Made by a program: the position numbers and the translations under genes
Shown: positions 18,388 through 26,911 of the stretch, piece by piece
Layout: every line of letters starts with the position of its first letter
Numbering within the stretch: the stretch's first letter is position 1
Notes under the pieces: model-generated
Database searches by the model: none
What the model saw: only the letters and a program-made list of their open reading frames with translations
What the model was told of the DNA's origin: nothing
IMG/VR virus record: IMGVR_UViG_3300028025_004186
Location: 1,169-65,168 of that record
Origin: a virus
Taxonomy: Duplodnaviria; Caudoviricetes
Reading direction: 5' to 3' (one strand)
DNA length: 64,000 bases

Positions 18388-20232
18388 ATGCAGCGTAACG
18401 TCTATCTCTATGCCCCTAACTTCGTCTCAGGTCTTGGTTCTGTGACCACAGTGTGGTTGCCTTACACAGTGGGATGCCTGTGGAGTTATGCAGTGACCAA
18501 TCCCACAGTGGCCAGTAACTATCGCCTGGCAGGCCTGGGTGTGTTGCGTGATCCCATTGAGCAAGTTGTTGGCAGTCTTGACAATCCTGCAGTGTGTGGA
18601 TTCAGTACCTATGTCTGGAACGAACAGTACAATCTTCAATTGGCACAGGCCATCAAACAACGTTGGCCTGACTGTGTAATTGTGTTTGGCGGACCCAACG
18701 TGCCCAATCAAGAACAAGACTATCGTGACTGGCGAGCTGCTGCACCTTGGATTGATGTCACCATACGCTACGAAGGTGAGCAGGCATTTCAACAGATGTT
18801 GCTGGACAACCTGTCAGGTGATCTCAAGAAAGATTATGTGGCCACTAGACTTGAAGAGTTGGATATCCCCAGCCCCTATCTCACCGGTGTGTTTGACAGC
18901 ATTGTACAGGATCAGAGTCATCAATATGCCATGACATTTGAAACAAATCGTGGTTGTCCGTTTGCCTGTACGTTCTGTGACTGGGGGAGCCTGACTTACA
19001 GTAAAATTAAAAAGTTTTCCCTGGAGCGTGTGTTTGCAGAAATTGACTGGGCCGGAAAGAATCAAATTGAGTTTGTTATCATAGCCGATGCCAACTTCGG
19101 AGTGTTTCCAGATCGCGATCAAGCCATTGTTGATCATCTCATTGCCACCAAACAACAGTGGGGATACCCACAACAGTTAAACACCAATTGGTATAAAAAT
19201 TCCAATCAGGTAGTGTTAGACATCGCTGAAAAACTCACCCAGCATGGATTAAATCGTGGACTCACACTCAGTGTGCAGAGCATGAACGATGCCACACTCA
19301 CAGCAATCAAACGCAAGAACATGCGTATCAATGATCTCAGTACACTGTTCCGTGACTGCAATCGCCGACAAATACCTTTCTATACTGAACTAATCCTGGG
19401 CTTGCCCTTGGAAACTCTAGACTCCTGGCAGCAAGGACATTATCAACTGTTGGAGATGGGACAACATGGATGCGTGTTTGTATTTCCTGTGGAGTTATTG
19501 CGCAACAGTGAGCTAGGCATCAATCATCAACAGTATCAAATACAGAGTGCAACCATTGATGACTACTGGCGTTGTGAGGTCACAGGTATCAATGAGAAGC
19601 AGCACATTGTAATGAGTCACAGCACCATGACTGCCAAAGATCATGTCGCTGCCACAATGTTCAGTTGGATGATTGTGACTTTTCATCATCACGGATGGAC
19701 AGAAATCTATGCTAGATTTTTACACAGTCAGGGCTGGAGTTATCAACAGATATACTCAAGTCTGGAGCAATGGCTGCGCAACGACGAATTCTTTCTAGCT
19801 CAAATCAACACTATCCAACAGGGCGTTGAAGCATTTTATCTACATCAGCAAAGCACAGATTATTATGGAATTTGGGACACAGTTCGGGCATTGTTTGCTG
19901 ATCGTGACCAAAGTTGCCAACGCCTGACTCAGTGGTTCCTCTCTGTGTACACCGGAGAGTTGGCCTGGCAGGTAATTGAATTGCAACAAGCGTTTATCAC
20001 AGACCCCAATTTTAGGAGCAAACTTGTGCTGACACAGCCCAATAATTTATTGAGCGTGATACTGGAGTTTGATGCAGAATTACACAACAGCGAGCACAGT
20101 TATGAATTTTGCCCCACGTCTCAATGGCAGGATACCGAGGAATTCATGGCCTATGTTGTGCTGAGAAGAAAAGAAGGCTTTGGTAAAAATCGTATTGTAG
20201 CACTGGGGCAGCAGTTAGAAAAACTATGCTAA
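18388..20232 (+). CDS. B12-binding-domain radical SAM enzyme (start moved to 18388)
   Basis: FSTYVWN, VFGGP, ETNRGCPFACTFC (CxxxCxxC), DANFG, ILGLP. Confidence 0.85.
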   Translation: MQRNVYLYAPNFVSGLGSVTTVWLPYTVGCLWSYAVTNPTVASNYRLAGLGVLRDPIEQVVGSLDNPAVCGFSTYVWNEQYNLQLAQAIKQRWPDCVIVFGGPNVPNQEQDYRDWRAAAPWIDVTIRYEGEQAFQQMLLDNLSGDLKKDYVATRLEELDIPSPYLTGVFDSIVQDQSHQYAMTFETNRGCPFACTFCDWGSLTYSKIKKFSLERVFAEIDWAGKNQIEFVIIADANFGVFPDRDQAIVDHLIATKQQWGYPQQLNTNWYKNSNQVVLDIAEKLTQHGLNRGLTLSVQSMNDATLTAIKRKNMRINDLSTLFRDCNRRQIPFYTELILGLPLETLDSWQQGHYQLLEMGQHGCVFVFPVELLRNSELGINHQQYQIQSATIDDYWRCEVTGINEKQHIVMSHSTMTAKDHVAATMFSWMIVTFHHHGWTEIYARFLHSQGWSYQQIYSSLEQWLRNDEFFLAQINTIQQGVEAFYLHQQSTDYYGIWDTVRALFADRDQSCQRLTQWFLSVYTGELAWQVIELQQAFITDPNFRSKLVLTQPNNLLSVILEFDAELHNSEHSYEFCPTSQWQDTEEFMAYVVLRRKEGFGKNRIVALGQQLEKLC

Positions 20233-20239
20233 ATATGAT

Positions 20240-20545
20240 ATGCGCTGCGAATTTGTTCAAGTTGTGTGTGATGTGGACTGTAAATGGGAAGGGTTATCCC
20301 CAGCCTACAGGGCCTATATCAACGATGAATTATTTGCCGAGCGTACTTGGATATGGACAGAACATTACCTAGAAGAAATGTTTCAAATTTCAGCACTGCC
20401 GGGCAAGTATCATATCAGATTTGAACTAGTACAGCCTTGTTTGGCTGAATTAACAGTGACAAATATGCGTGTGGTACAAGGGCCAGGGCGCATGAAAAGC
20501 GGTGGATTATTGAAGATTGGAAGCACAGAACATGAGAGCCAGTGA
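20240..20545 (+). CDS. hypothetical protein
   Basis: ORF directly after a TAAATA box. Confidence 0.6.
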   Translation: MRCEFVQVVCDVDCKWEGLSPAYRAYINDELFAERTWIWTEHYLEEMFQISALPGKYHIRFELVQPCLAELTVTNMRVVQGPGRMKSGGLLKIGSTEHESQ

Positions 20546-20723
20546 ATTTATCAATGAAAATGTCAGCGTAGGGGCAACAGGCGCAGGATCAATTGCCTCA
20601 ACCATGGGCGGACTTAGTCACATGCCTGCTGTGAGCCGCTTAGGTGGAAACTTACTAACTGGTAAATATACAAACGTGGCTACGCCAAATACACCAAAGA
20701 AGAGGAAAAATCGTGCTAAGTGA
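20532..20723 (+). CDS. small putative internal head protein (start moved to 20532)
   Basis: MRASEFINE leader, Gly/Ser/Thr-rich body, basic tail. Confidence 0.65.
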   Translation: MRASEFINENVSVGATGAGSIASTMGGLSHMPAVSRLGGNLLTGKYTNVATPNTPKKRKNRAK

Positions 20724-21156
20724 TGCTTTGAAAACTTTACTCGCTACTGAGTATGCTTTTGCGACCAAGTCGCAGTACTTTCACTGGAATGTGGAAGGCC
20801 CGGACTTTGCACAATTGCATGAGTTCTTTGGTGAGCTGTATGAAGAAGTCAACGGCAATGCCATTGATCGCTGTGCTGAATTTATTCGTACCTTAGATGA
20901 ATACGCTCCAGGTAGTTTTGAGAGATTTGCCGAACTCAGTGTTATTCAAGGACAGACCAAAGTACCCCGTGCTCGGTTAATGCTTGAAGAATTACTCAGC
21001 AACAACACCCAAGTTATTGACTTATTGAATCAATGTTTTTCCGAAGCCGAACAAGAAAATCAGCAGGGCATTGCAAACTTCATTGCTGAACGTTTGGACG
21101 CACACGGCAAACACGGATGGATGTTGCGTAGCTTCTTGAAAGACAACCGCGCATGA
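20713..21156 (+). CDS. dps: Dps/ferritin-like protein
   Basis: HWNVEGPDFAQLHEFF, IDRCAE, HGKHGWML. Confidence 0.9.
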   Translation: MLSDALKTLLATEYAFATKSQYFHWNVEGPDFAQLHEFFGELYEEVNGNAIDRCAEFIRTLDEYAPGSFERFAELSVIQGQTKVPRARLMLEELLSNNTQVIDLLNQCFSEAEQENQQGIANFIAERLDAHGKHGWMLRSFLKDNRA

Positions 21157-21734
21157 GCAACATCCGTGACATCATTGACCGTTTGAATTTAATTGAAGGC
21201 AGTGCAACCTCTGCGGCATTGCCTAAGTCTGGACTCAATGCTCAACAAAAGTCAGTGCCTGAATTGCCGGCATTGTTCAAGCCCAAGAACATCAGCCCAG
21301 TGTTGGGCAGCAAGAAAGATCCTAAGCACCCCACAGCAGGATACTTTGTGGGTGGTGAAAGCCAGGACATGAGTCATCCACAAAACGAAGATCTATTGAG
21401 CAAAGTTAAAAAAGGTCTCAACGACTATCTCAAGAGTGTGGAAGATCAATTGGTAGGCCAGGATCGCCAGCTCATCAACAAAGCCAAGGCCAACATACAA
21501 AAAGATCCCTTGGAAAAATTATTACCAGTCAAAACAATTCGCACCGACGATGGCAATGAAATTAAAATTCATGGCAACGAAGATGATGGGTTCCGCATCA
21601 CAGTCAAAGGCAAGCCACTTAAATCAAAGTTTGATTCATTGGATGAAGCTGCCATGGCCTGTGAAATGTATCTAGCACGCCGCAGTGCAATGGCACCAGC
21701 AATGCCGGATCAAGATTACATAGAAGAACGATAG
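21153..21734 (+). CDS. putative internal head protein
   Basis: MSNIRDIIDRLNLIE leader variant; Glu-ending linkers. Confidence 0.55.
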   Translation: MSNIRDIIDRLNLIEGSATSAALPKSGLNAQQKSVPELPALFKPKNISPVLGSKKDPKHPTAGYFVGGESQDMSHPQNEDLLSKVKKGLNDYLKSVEDQLVGQDRQLINKAKANIQKDPLEKLLPVKTIRTDDGNEIKIHGNEDDGFRITVKGKPLKSKFDSLDEAAMACEMYLARRSAMAPAMPDQDYIEER

Positions 21735-21743
21735 GACACGCCA

Positions 21744-24560
21744 ATGAATTTCCGACAACTGTTTGAAAATAAAACACCAGTCACAGACTATGGCACCTGG
21801 CGTGACGAGATTAATGCTCAGGGCGGTGAGATACATCCTCAGCAGGATAGAAATCGTTTGGTGGCACAACGCTGGGACGGTGACGTCATTGGTGAATTTA
21901 ATCTTAGAACCAATCAAGGTTATATTAACAGACAGCAAGGTGTGGCAGAAGGCAAAGGTGATTTTGCACAAGCCATTGAAAATCTACACGGTTGGCATGA
22001 AGTAGAATCAAACAATCCTGACATAAGAATTTGGGAGTTTGATGATCGTGAAGGCGGTCACTACGCTCAAGGAACAGTGTATTACATTGAGAAAACTGGT
22101 CGCATACAAATAGAGTTTGAAGACCGAGATGGTTATCACGGCGGTGATGTAACTGATGCTTTCAATTCCATTGGTGGTGCCATGAATGTGTTGAAGAATA
22201 TCACAGTACAGGTTAGACCAAACACCGGCAAAGCACGAGATTTTGATAAACTTGGTGGAAGAACTGTTGCAGGTCCAGATGATCTATATAAAACTGATCG
22301 TGCAGGCCGGAAAGGTACCTTGAATAAGAGTCGCATGGATACTATGAAAGCATCTAGTCCATATCGTAAGACAGGCCCCGAAGGCCAATTACCCGAGTCT
22401 GGCGTAGAAGAAGCCACAGGTGATCCAAAGTTTGACAAGATGCTTAAAGGTATTACAGGTAAAAGACAAGTAGCCAAACAACAAAAAACAGATACTAAGC
22501 AACAGGCACGTGATGCTTTTGGTGGTATGTTTGGTGGTGGCAATCCTGCTGATAAACTCAGCATCAGAAACAAAGGTGTGGCGGAAGGCTCAGATGATGG
22601 CTACGGTTATAAGTCATTGTCAACCGAACAAATCATGAAGTTGATCAAATCAGGCAACTGGGAGGCCGTGCAAGACGTTGTACCGGGCAAGCACATTCAA
22701 TTACGAAACAACAGAAATGGAAAGAGCACCACCATCCATGTCAAGCAAGATGTAGATGAAGGCCTAAAAAGTAAAATAGCAGGTGCAGCTCTTGCTGCTG
22801 CCAATCTCTTAGGAAGTCCTGCTCAGGCAGCGGAAGAACCAGTTAAGCCTATAACAATTGCCTATGTACAAATTGACGGTGAAGTCAGGAAATACAATCT
22901 AGGAGATAAATTTTCTAGTGCCAAAGAAGCCGAACAATTTATTTCTGGTGTCTTAGACAAGCAAGGTATATCAGGATATACCTTAGATATTAAACACGGA
23001 TATCCCAAACAGAAGCAAAGTGTAGATGAAAATCTACGTGATTGGTTCAAAGAAAAGTGGGTGAGATTTGGCCCTGATGGCAAGATTCGCGGCGACTGTG
23101 CCAGAGGCAGTGAATCCGAAGGCAAGCCTAAATGCTTACCACAGGCCAAAGCACATGCACTGGGCAAAAAAGGTCGTGCATCAGCTGCAGCCCGCAAGCG
23201 CAAAGAAGATCCCAACGCCAATCGCACAGGTGCTGCAATAAATGTTGCAACCAAAAAGAAAACCAACGAAGTGCAACTTGACGAAAAATGCTGGGATACA
23301 CACAAACAAGTAGGGATGAAGAAAAAAAGCGGTCGCATGGTCCCCAACTGTGTGCCAAGAGAAAGTGTAGAACAATCAGAAATGTGCCCTGAGTGCGGCG
23401 GCGCAATGTATTCTGAAGCTATGATCAATGAAAAGAAAGATGCCTGTTATTACAAAGTCAAAGCATCAGCCAAGGTATGGCCCAGTGCTTATGCATCAGG
23501 CCGCTTGGTACAGTGTCGCAAACGCGGTTCCGCCAACTATGGCAAAAAATCAGAAAGTAAAATACCCGAAGATGCCAATATGTCACAGGCCGCTGTGAGA
23601 AAATTACAGAACATGCTCAACACTAAAGGTGCAAATTTAGATGTTGACGGCGTAATGGGACCGTTGACTACAAAGTCGGTAGAAAAATATCTGCCAGCAG
23701 TGGCCAAACGGTTGGCGCCAGATCCAAGTCGTACCACCGGAGTACAAGGACAAAAGCCCAAGCACAAAGACATGGCCGAAGGCTTGCCACCAATGGGTTT
23801 TGTTAGGTCTGAGATAAAACGCGATCCTTTGAAAAATCCAACAAGAACTTATATAGAAATATCAAAAATGTTAGGTATTACACCTAGACAATTGCAAGGT
23901 TTTACTTTACGCAATGCAGGGTTTCCGTCTCCTATTAAAGGGATAGGAAGACAAGCAGGGCGTGGCACTAATAATTATTATGAATTAAACCAAGTAAAGC
24001 AATGGATTAAAGATAATAATATTAAAGATCAAATTGCAGCACTGGTTAGTAAAAATGTTGCAAAAGATCAAGGCGTAGACGAAGGCGAATACAAAGACAC
24101 AGTTGACAAGAGCAAGATTCCGGCAGTGCAACGCAAAGCCCAAGGTGGTGATTGGAAAGTGTCCACCCGAGATCTTGAGCACGAACGCAGCAAGAGCCCC
24201 ACTGGCGCAGCTGGGCTGGCCAAAGCCAAAGAACGTTTAGGCATGAATGAAAATCAACAGTTGCCACCCGAAGTCATTGAACTGCTTAAAAAGGTAGCGC
24301 AGAGCGATGCTGCTCCTGAACATAAAAAGGCCATCATCAACTCTATCATGGCCAAGTACCAGCCCGTCAAGGATATTGCTGAAACACCAACACGAACCGC
24401 ACGTGAAAAGTTCAACCAGGGCCTGAAACGTGCAGGCTTTGATCCTGATGCAGCAGCCAAAAGACTTACTGATTTGATTGCCAAGCAAAAAGCCGAGCGT
24501 GAACAATTTGAAAAAGAGAATCCCGCAGTGTATGGTGATACTTCCAAGGCACCCAAATGA
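21744..24560 (+). CDS. 938-aa modular putative internal head polyprotein (many short modules including PG-binding and HTH domains)
   Basis: MNFRQLFE; linkers GVAEG x2, GVEEA, DVDEG, SVDEN, DMAEG, GVDEG; VRKLQNMLN..DVDGVMGPLT (PG-binding-1); EISKMLGITPRQL..FPSP..VKQWI (AlpA/Xis-like). Confidence 0.75.
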   Translation: MNFRQLFENKTPVTDYGTWRDEINAQGGEIHPQQDRNRLVAQRWDGDVIGEFNLRTNQGYINRQQGVAEGKGDFAQAIENLHGWHEVESNNPDIRIWEFDDREGGHYAQGTVYYIEKTGRIQIEFEDRDGYHGGDVTDAFNSIGGAMNVLKNITVQVRPNTGKARDFDKLGGRTVAGPDDLYKTDRAGRKGTLNKSRMDTMKASSPYRKTGPEGQLPESGVEEATGDPKFDKMLKGITGKRQVAKQQKTDTKQQARDAFGGMFGGGNPADKLSIRNKGVAEGSDDGYGYKSLSTEQIMKLIKSGNWEAVQDVVPGKHIQLRNNRNGKSTTIHVKQDVDEGLKSKIAGAALAAANLLGSPAQAAEEPVKPITIAYVQIDGEVRKYNLGDKFSSAKEAEQFISGVLDKQGISGYTLDIKHGYPKQKQSVDENLRDWFKEKWVRFGPDGKIRGDCARGSESEGKPKCLPQAKAHALGKKGRASAAARKRKEDPNANRTGAAINVATKKKTNEVQLDEKCWDTHKQVGMKKKSGRMVPNCVPRESVEQSEMCPECGGAMYSEAMINEKKDACYYKVKASAKVWPSAYASGRLVQCRKRGSANYGKKSESKIPEDANMSQAAVRKLQNMLNTKGANLDVDGVMGPLTTKSVEKYLPAVAKRLAPDPSRTTGVQGQKPKHKDMAEGLPPMGFVRSEIKRDPLKNPTRTYIEISKMLGITPRQLQGFTLRNAGFPSPIKGIGRQAGRGTNNYYELNQVKQWIKDNNIKDQIAALVSKNVAKDQGVDEGEYKDTVDKSKIPAVQRKAQGGDWKVSTRDLEHERSKSPTGAAGLAKAKERLGMNENQQLPPEVIELLKKVAQSDAAPEHKKAIINSIMAKYQPVKDIAETPTRTAREKFNQGLKRAGFDPDAAAKRLTDLIAKQKAEREQFEKENPAVYGDTSKAPK
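21936..24086 (+). repeat. dispersed ~18-nt linker repeats at module junctions
   Basis: CAAGGTGTGGCAGAAGGC 21936, AAAGGTGTGGCGGAAGGC 22572, CAAGATGTAGATGAAGGC 22746, CAAAGTGTAGATGAAAAT 23016, AAAGACATGGCCGAAGGC 23766, CAAGGCGTAGACGAAGGC 24069; related copies at 14696, 16674, 18163. Confidence 0.75.
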
Positions 24561-24706
24561 TCACTTACACATTAGAAGCCGTGATTGGGGTTGATCCACA
24601 AGGCAATCCAGTGTCCCAAACGTTTGACATTCAGGCCAGTAACTGGAACGAAGCACGTCATAAGTTAGAACAGTTGGTGCAAGATGCTCAACTAAATAGA
24701 GAATAA
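24557..24706 (+). CDS. small hypothetical protein (49 aa, not in ORF track)
   Basis: MITYTLEAVIG..QASNWNEARHKL; ATGA overlap. Confidence 0.55.
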   Translation: MITYTLEAVIGVDPQGNPVSQTFDIQASNWNEARHKLEQLVQDAQLNRE

Positions 24707-24719
24707 TAGGAGTTGTTAA

Positions 24720-25472
24720 ATGATATTAGTTCACAGTCCACTAGTACAACGAGGAATTTTACCACTTGCTGCCATACATAAAAATTGGATGACAGAGTTT
24801 GGTCATTCAACTGATGCAGATGTATTTGCTGCAGAATACGACTTGGTCCTTAACAATGCATCTGACATCACTGTTGAACAATTGAATACTTTGAGAACTC
24901 TAGCATCACAATCAGGTAAAATTGTACTGACTGCATCATTAGATACGATCCCTGCTGATATTAAGTCACTTAGTTTATCTAGTGGAAAGTTAGTTGGAAT
25001 CGTTGGCGACGAATCTCGTCGTGCCACAGAAACTTATTTAAATTTACACAAATTTAAATTTCAGTTTAGTTTTGCTGCCACTCAAACGTCAGAAATGACT
25101 TTTTATCAAGCCATGTATCAACAGTTGGGTATTCTAATTTTTAACGAAGTTGCCACGTCAGAACAGTACAGTGTCACTGTCACTGCCATGGACACCTTGG
25201 ATAAATTAAGTGGGCTGATGACTGTGATCCAAACAGACTATGAATTCTCAGCTCCGGCACAGGACTGGTCTACTTGGTATACAACTCAAGTTACTCCTTC
25301 AGAATTACTGACAAATAATGCTCAGATGGCGGCAGATTTTGTCACTTGTTGGAACACAATTAAAACAGCTGGGTCCAATGCGCAATTTCAATCTTATCAG
25401 TCTGTCTTGAGTCAAGAAAATGCCGCTAAATTTGAATCCGTAATTGATTACCTTCGTACTGCAACTGCTTAA
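24720..25472 (+). CDS. hypothetical protein
   Basis: TAAATA box and AGGAG RBS; 250 aa. Confidence 0.65.
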   Translation: MILVHSPLVQRGILPLAAIHKNWMTEFGHSTDADVFAAEYDLVLNNASDITVEQLNTLRTLASQSGKIVLTASLDTIPADIKSLSLSSGKLVGIVGDESRRATETYLNLHKFKFQFSFAATQTSEMTFYQAMYQQLGILIFNEVATSEQYSVTVTAMDTLDKLSGLMTVIQTDYEFSAPAQDWSTWYTTQVTPSELLTNNAQMAADFVTCWNTIKTAGSNAQFQSYQSVLSQENAAKFESVIDYLRTATA

Positions 25473-25478
25473 CAAACA

Positions 25479-25558
25479 TAACCTTAGGACCGCTGGGGTT
25501 ACGTAGGGCGGCTGCTGCCTGACGCTACAGATCGCTACCCTGTAGTACAAAGTGAGCA
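25479..25558 (+). ncRNA. candidate structured RNA (three hairpins, possible pseudoknot)
   Basis: TAACCTTAG/CTGGGGTTA, GGCGG/CTGCC and CTACAG/CTGTAG stems; loop TCGCT complementary to downstream AGTGA. Confidence 0.4.
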
Positions 25559-25575
25559 TTAAAATAATAATAACA

Positions 25576-25800
25576 ATGCTTTATGTCAGCGAAGATGATT
25601 GTGGATTGCCCATGTACATGGTCACCAATAACGAAGGACTGTGTTTAATTCGCACCACCAATGGTGGCATGGCACTCTATATCAACGCCTTTACCAAGAA
25701 TATCAATCCCAATCTTCGCATCAATGTGGGCGGAGATCCCAGTACTAGGAATGTTTTGAGTCCAAGAATTTTCCATCACGTTCGACGATACCACTGTTGA
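25576..25800 (+). CDS. hypothetical protein
   Basis: ATG at 25576 within the ORF-track frame. Confidence 0.5.
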   Translation: MLYVSEDDCGLPMYMVTNNEGLCLIRTTNGGMALYINAFTKNINPNLRINVGGDPSTRNVLSPRIFHHVRRYHC

Positions 25801-25825
25801 CTCTAGTGTTGTTTTACTGTATAAC
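25797..25825 (+). promoter_or_regulatory. sigma70-type promoter
   Basis: TTGACT-17nt-TATAAC; ATG 7 nt downstream. Confidence 0.7.
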
Positions 25826-25831
25826 TGTTAG

Positions 25832-26860
25832 ATGAAATCCGAGACACTTGTTTACTACAAATACAAACCTACAGTAAAACCAAATCTTGCAGGTAAATTC
25901 TGCGCAATACCATTTTCAATGATTGAAATTGATGAAGATGGAGATGTGATGTTATGTGGGTGTCAGTACCATATGCCCTACGTGATTGGCAATATATATC
26001 ACGATTCTATCAGTGACATATGGCAAAACCCATCAGCAAAAACAGTGCGTGATAGTGTGGTTGCAGGAGAGTTTACTTACTGCAATTGGACTTGTCCAAA
26101 TCTTCAAAATGCCCCGCAGCGACCGGACGTAATCCCAGATCCAGGAGTATTTCCAGTTTGGGTTAAAATTGATCTTGATCGTAGCTGTAATTTACGATGT
26201 CCATCATGTCGTGAAACTGTAATTCAAGAAAAAGACAATGCACGTATTGCCAAACAACAAGAAATTTTTTCTGAAATCGTCACTCGAGCGGCCGGTGACC
26301 CTGATGTCAGCTACACTGTATTCCCAATCGGCAGCGGTGAAGTATTTGCTAGTCGAAGCGGATTGCATTTTTTAAAATCTTTGACCAATTATCCACACAA
26401 TAATATACAACTGGCAATATGTACCAATGGTACATTGTTATGGCACCACCGCGAACTAGTTGATCAACTTCAACATCACATGTCATTTACTGTCAGTATT
26501 GATGCTGCCACAGCTGAAACCTATGCTCTAGTACGCGGAGGTAACTGGGAAGAATTACAATTGGGCATAGACAGGTATCAAAAAAACATTCAGCACTTTA
26601 CTTTTGTAGTACAGGAAAAAAATTGGCATGAGATTGAGTTGATTGCTGAATACGCCGATCAACTGGGCAAACGAGTTGATTATCAAAAGTTTTTAGATTG
26701 GGGGCATTGGACCAATGACTGGTGGCACGAAAATAATCCCTTGGATCGACATAAAGCTCACTATCAAACTGTGCTTGGCGCATTGAATCAGGTGCGGCAA
26801 CGCTATCCAAAATGTACGTTTTCTACTGAGATAATAAATTTAATGAACAAGGTCAAATAG
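25832..26860 (+). CDS. radical SAM protein with N-terminal SPASM/twitch-like domain
   Basis: C..PF..IEIDEDGDVMLC..IGN; CNLRCPSC; TNGT. Confidence 0.85.
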   Translation: MKSETLVYYKYKPTVKPNLAGKFCAIPFSMIEIDEDGDVMLCGCQYHMPYVIGNIYHDSISDIWQNPSAKTVRDSVVAGEFTYCNWTCPNLQNAPQRPDVIPDPGVFPVWVKIDLDRSCNLRCPSCRETVIQEKDNARIAKQQEIFSEIVTRAAGDPDVSYTVFPIGSGEVFASRSGLHFLKSLTNYPHNNIQLAICTNGTLLWHHRELVDQLQHHMSFTVSIDAATAETYALVRGGNWEELQLGIDRYQKNIQHFTFVVQEKNWHEIELIAEYADQLGKRVDYQKFLDWGHWTNDWWHENNPLDRHKAHYQTVLGALNQVRQRYPKCTFSTEIINLMNKVK

Positions 26861-26862
26861 TG

Positions 26863-26891
26863 TTGACTATGCCCAAATTATTTGCTATATT
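26863..26891 (+). promoter_or_regulatory. sigma70-type promoter (extended -10)
   Basis: TTGACT-17nt-TATATT with TG upstream. Confidence 0.7.
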
Positions 26892-26911
26892 GTATATCTA
26901 AGGAGGTGTAT

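Noticed and set aside
23784-24068. Excisionase implying a prophage or integrative element
   Set aside because: The HTH is an internal module of a polyprotein; no integrase or att site was found
21936-24086. CRISPR array or DGR as the source of the repeats
   Set aside because: Repeats are degenerate, in frame and irregularly spaced; no cas or reverse transcriptase gene and no adenine-specific template/variable pair was seen
25528-25558. preQ1 riboswitch at the third hairpin
   Set aside because: The loop is loosely similar, but the A-rich tail is short and no que gene follows; kept only as a generic structured RNA
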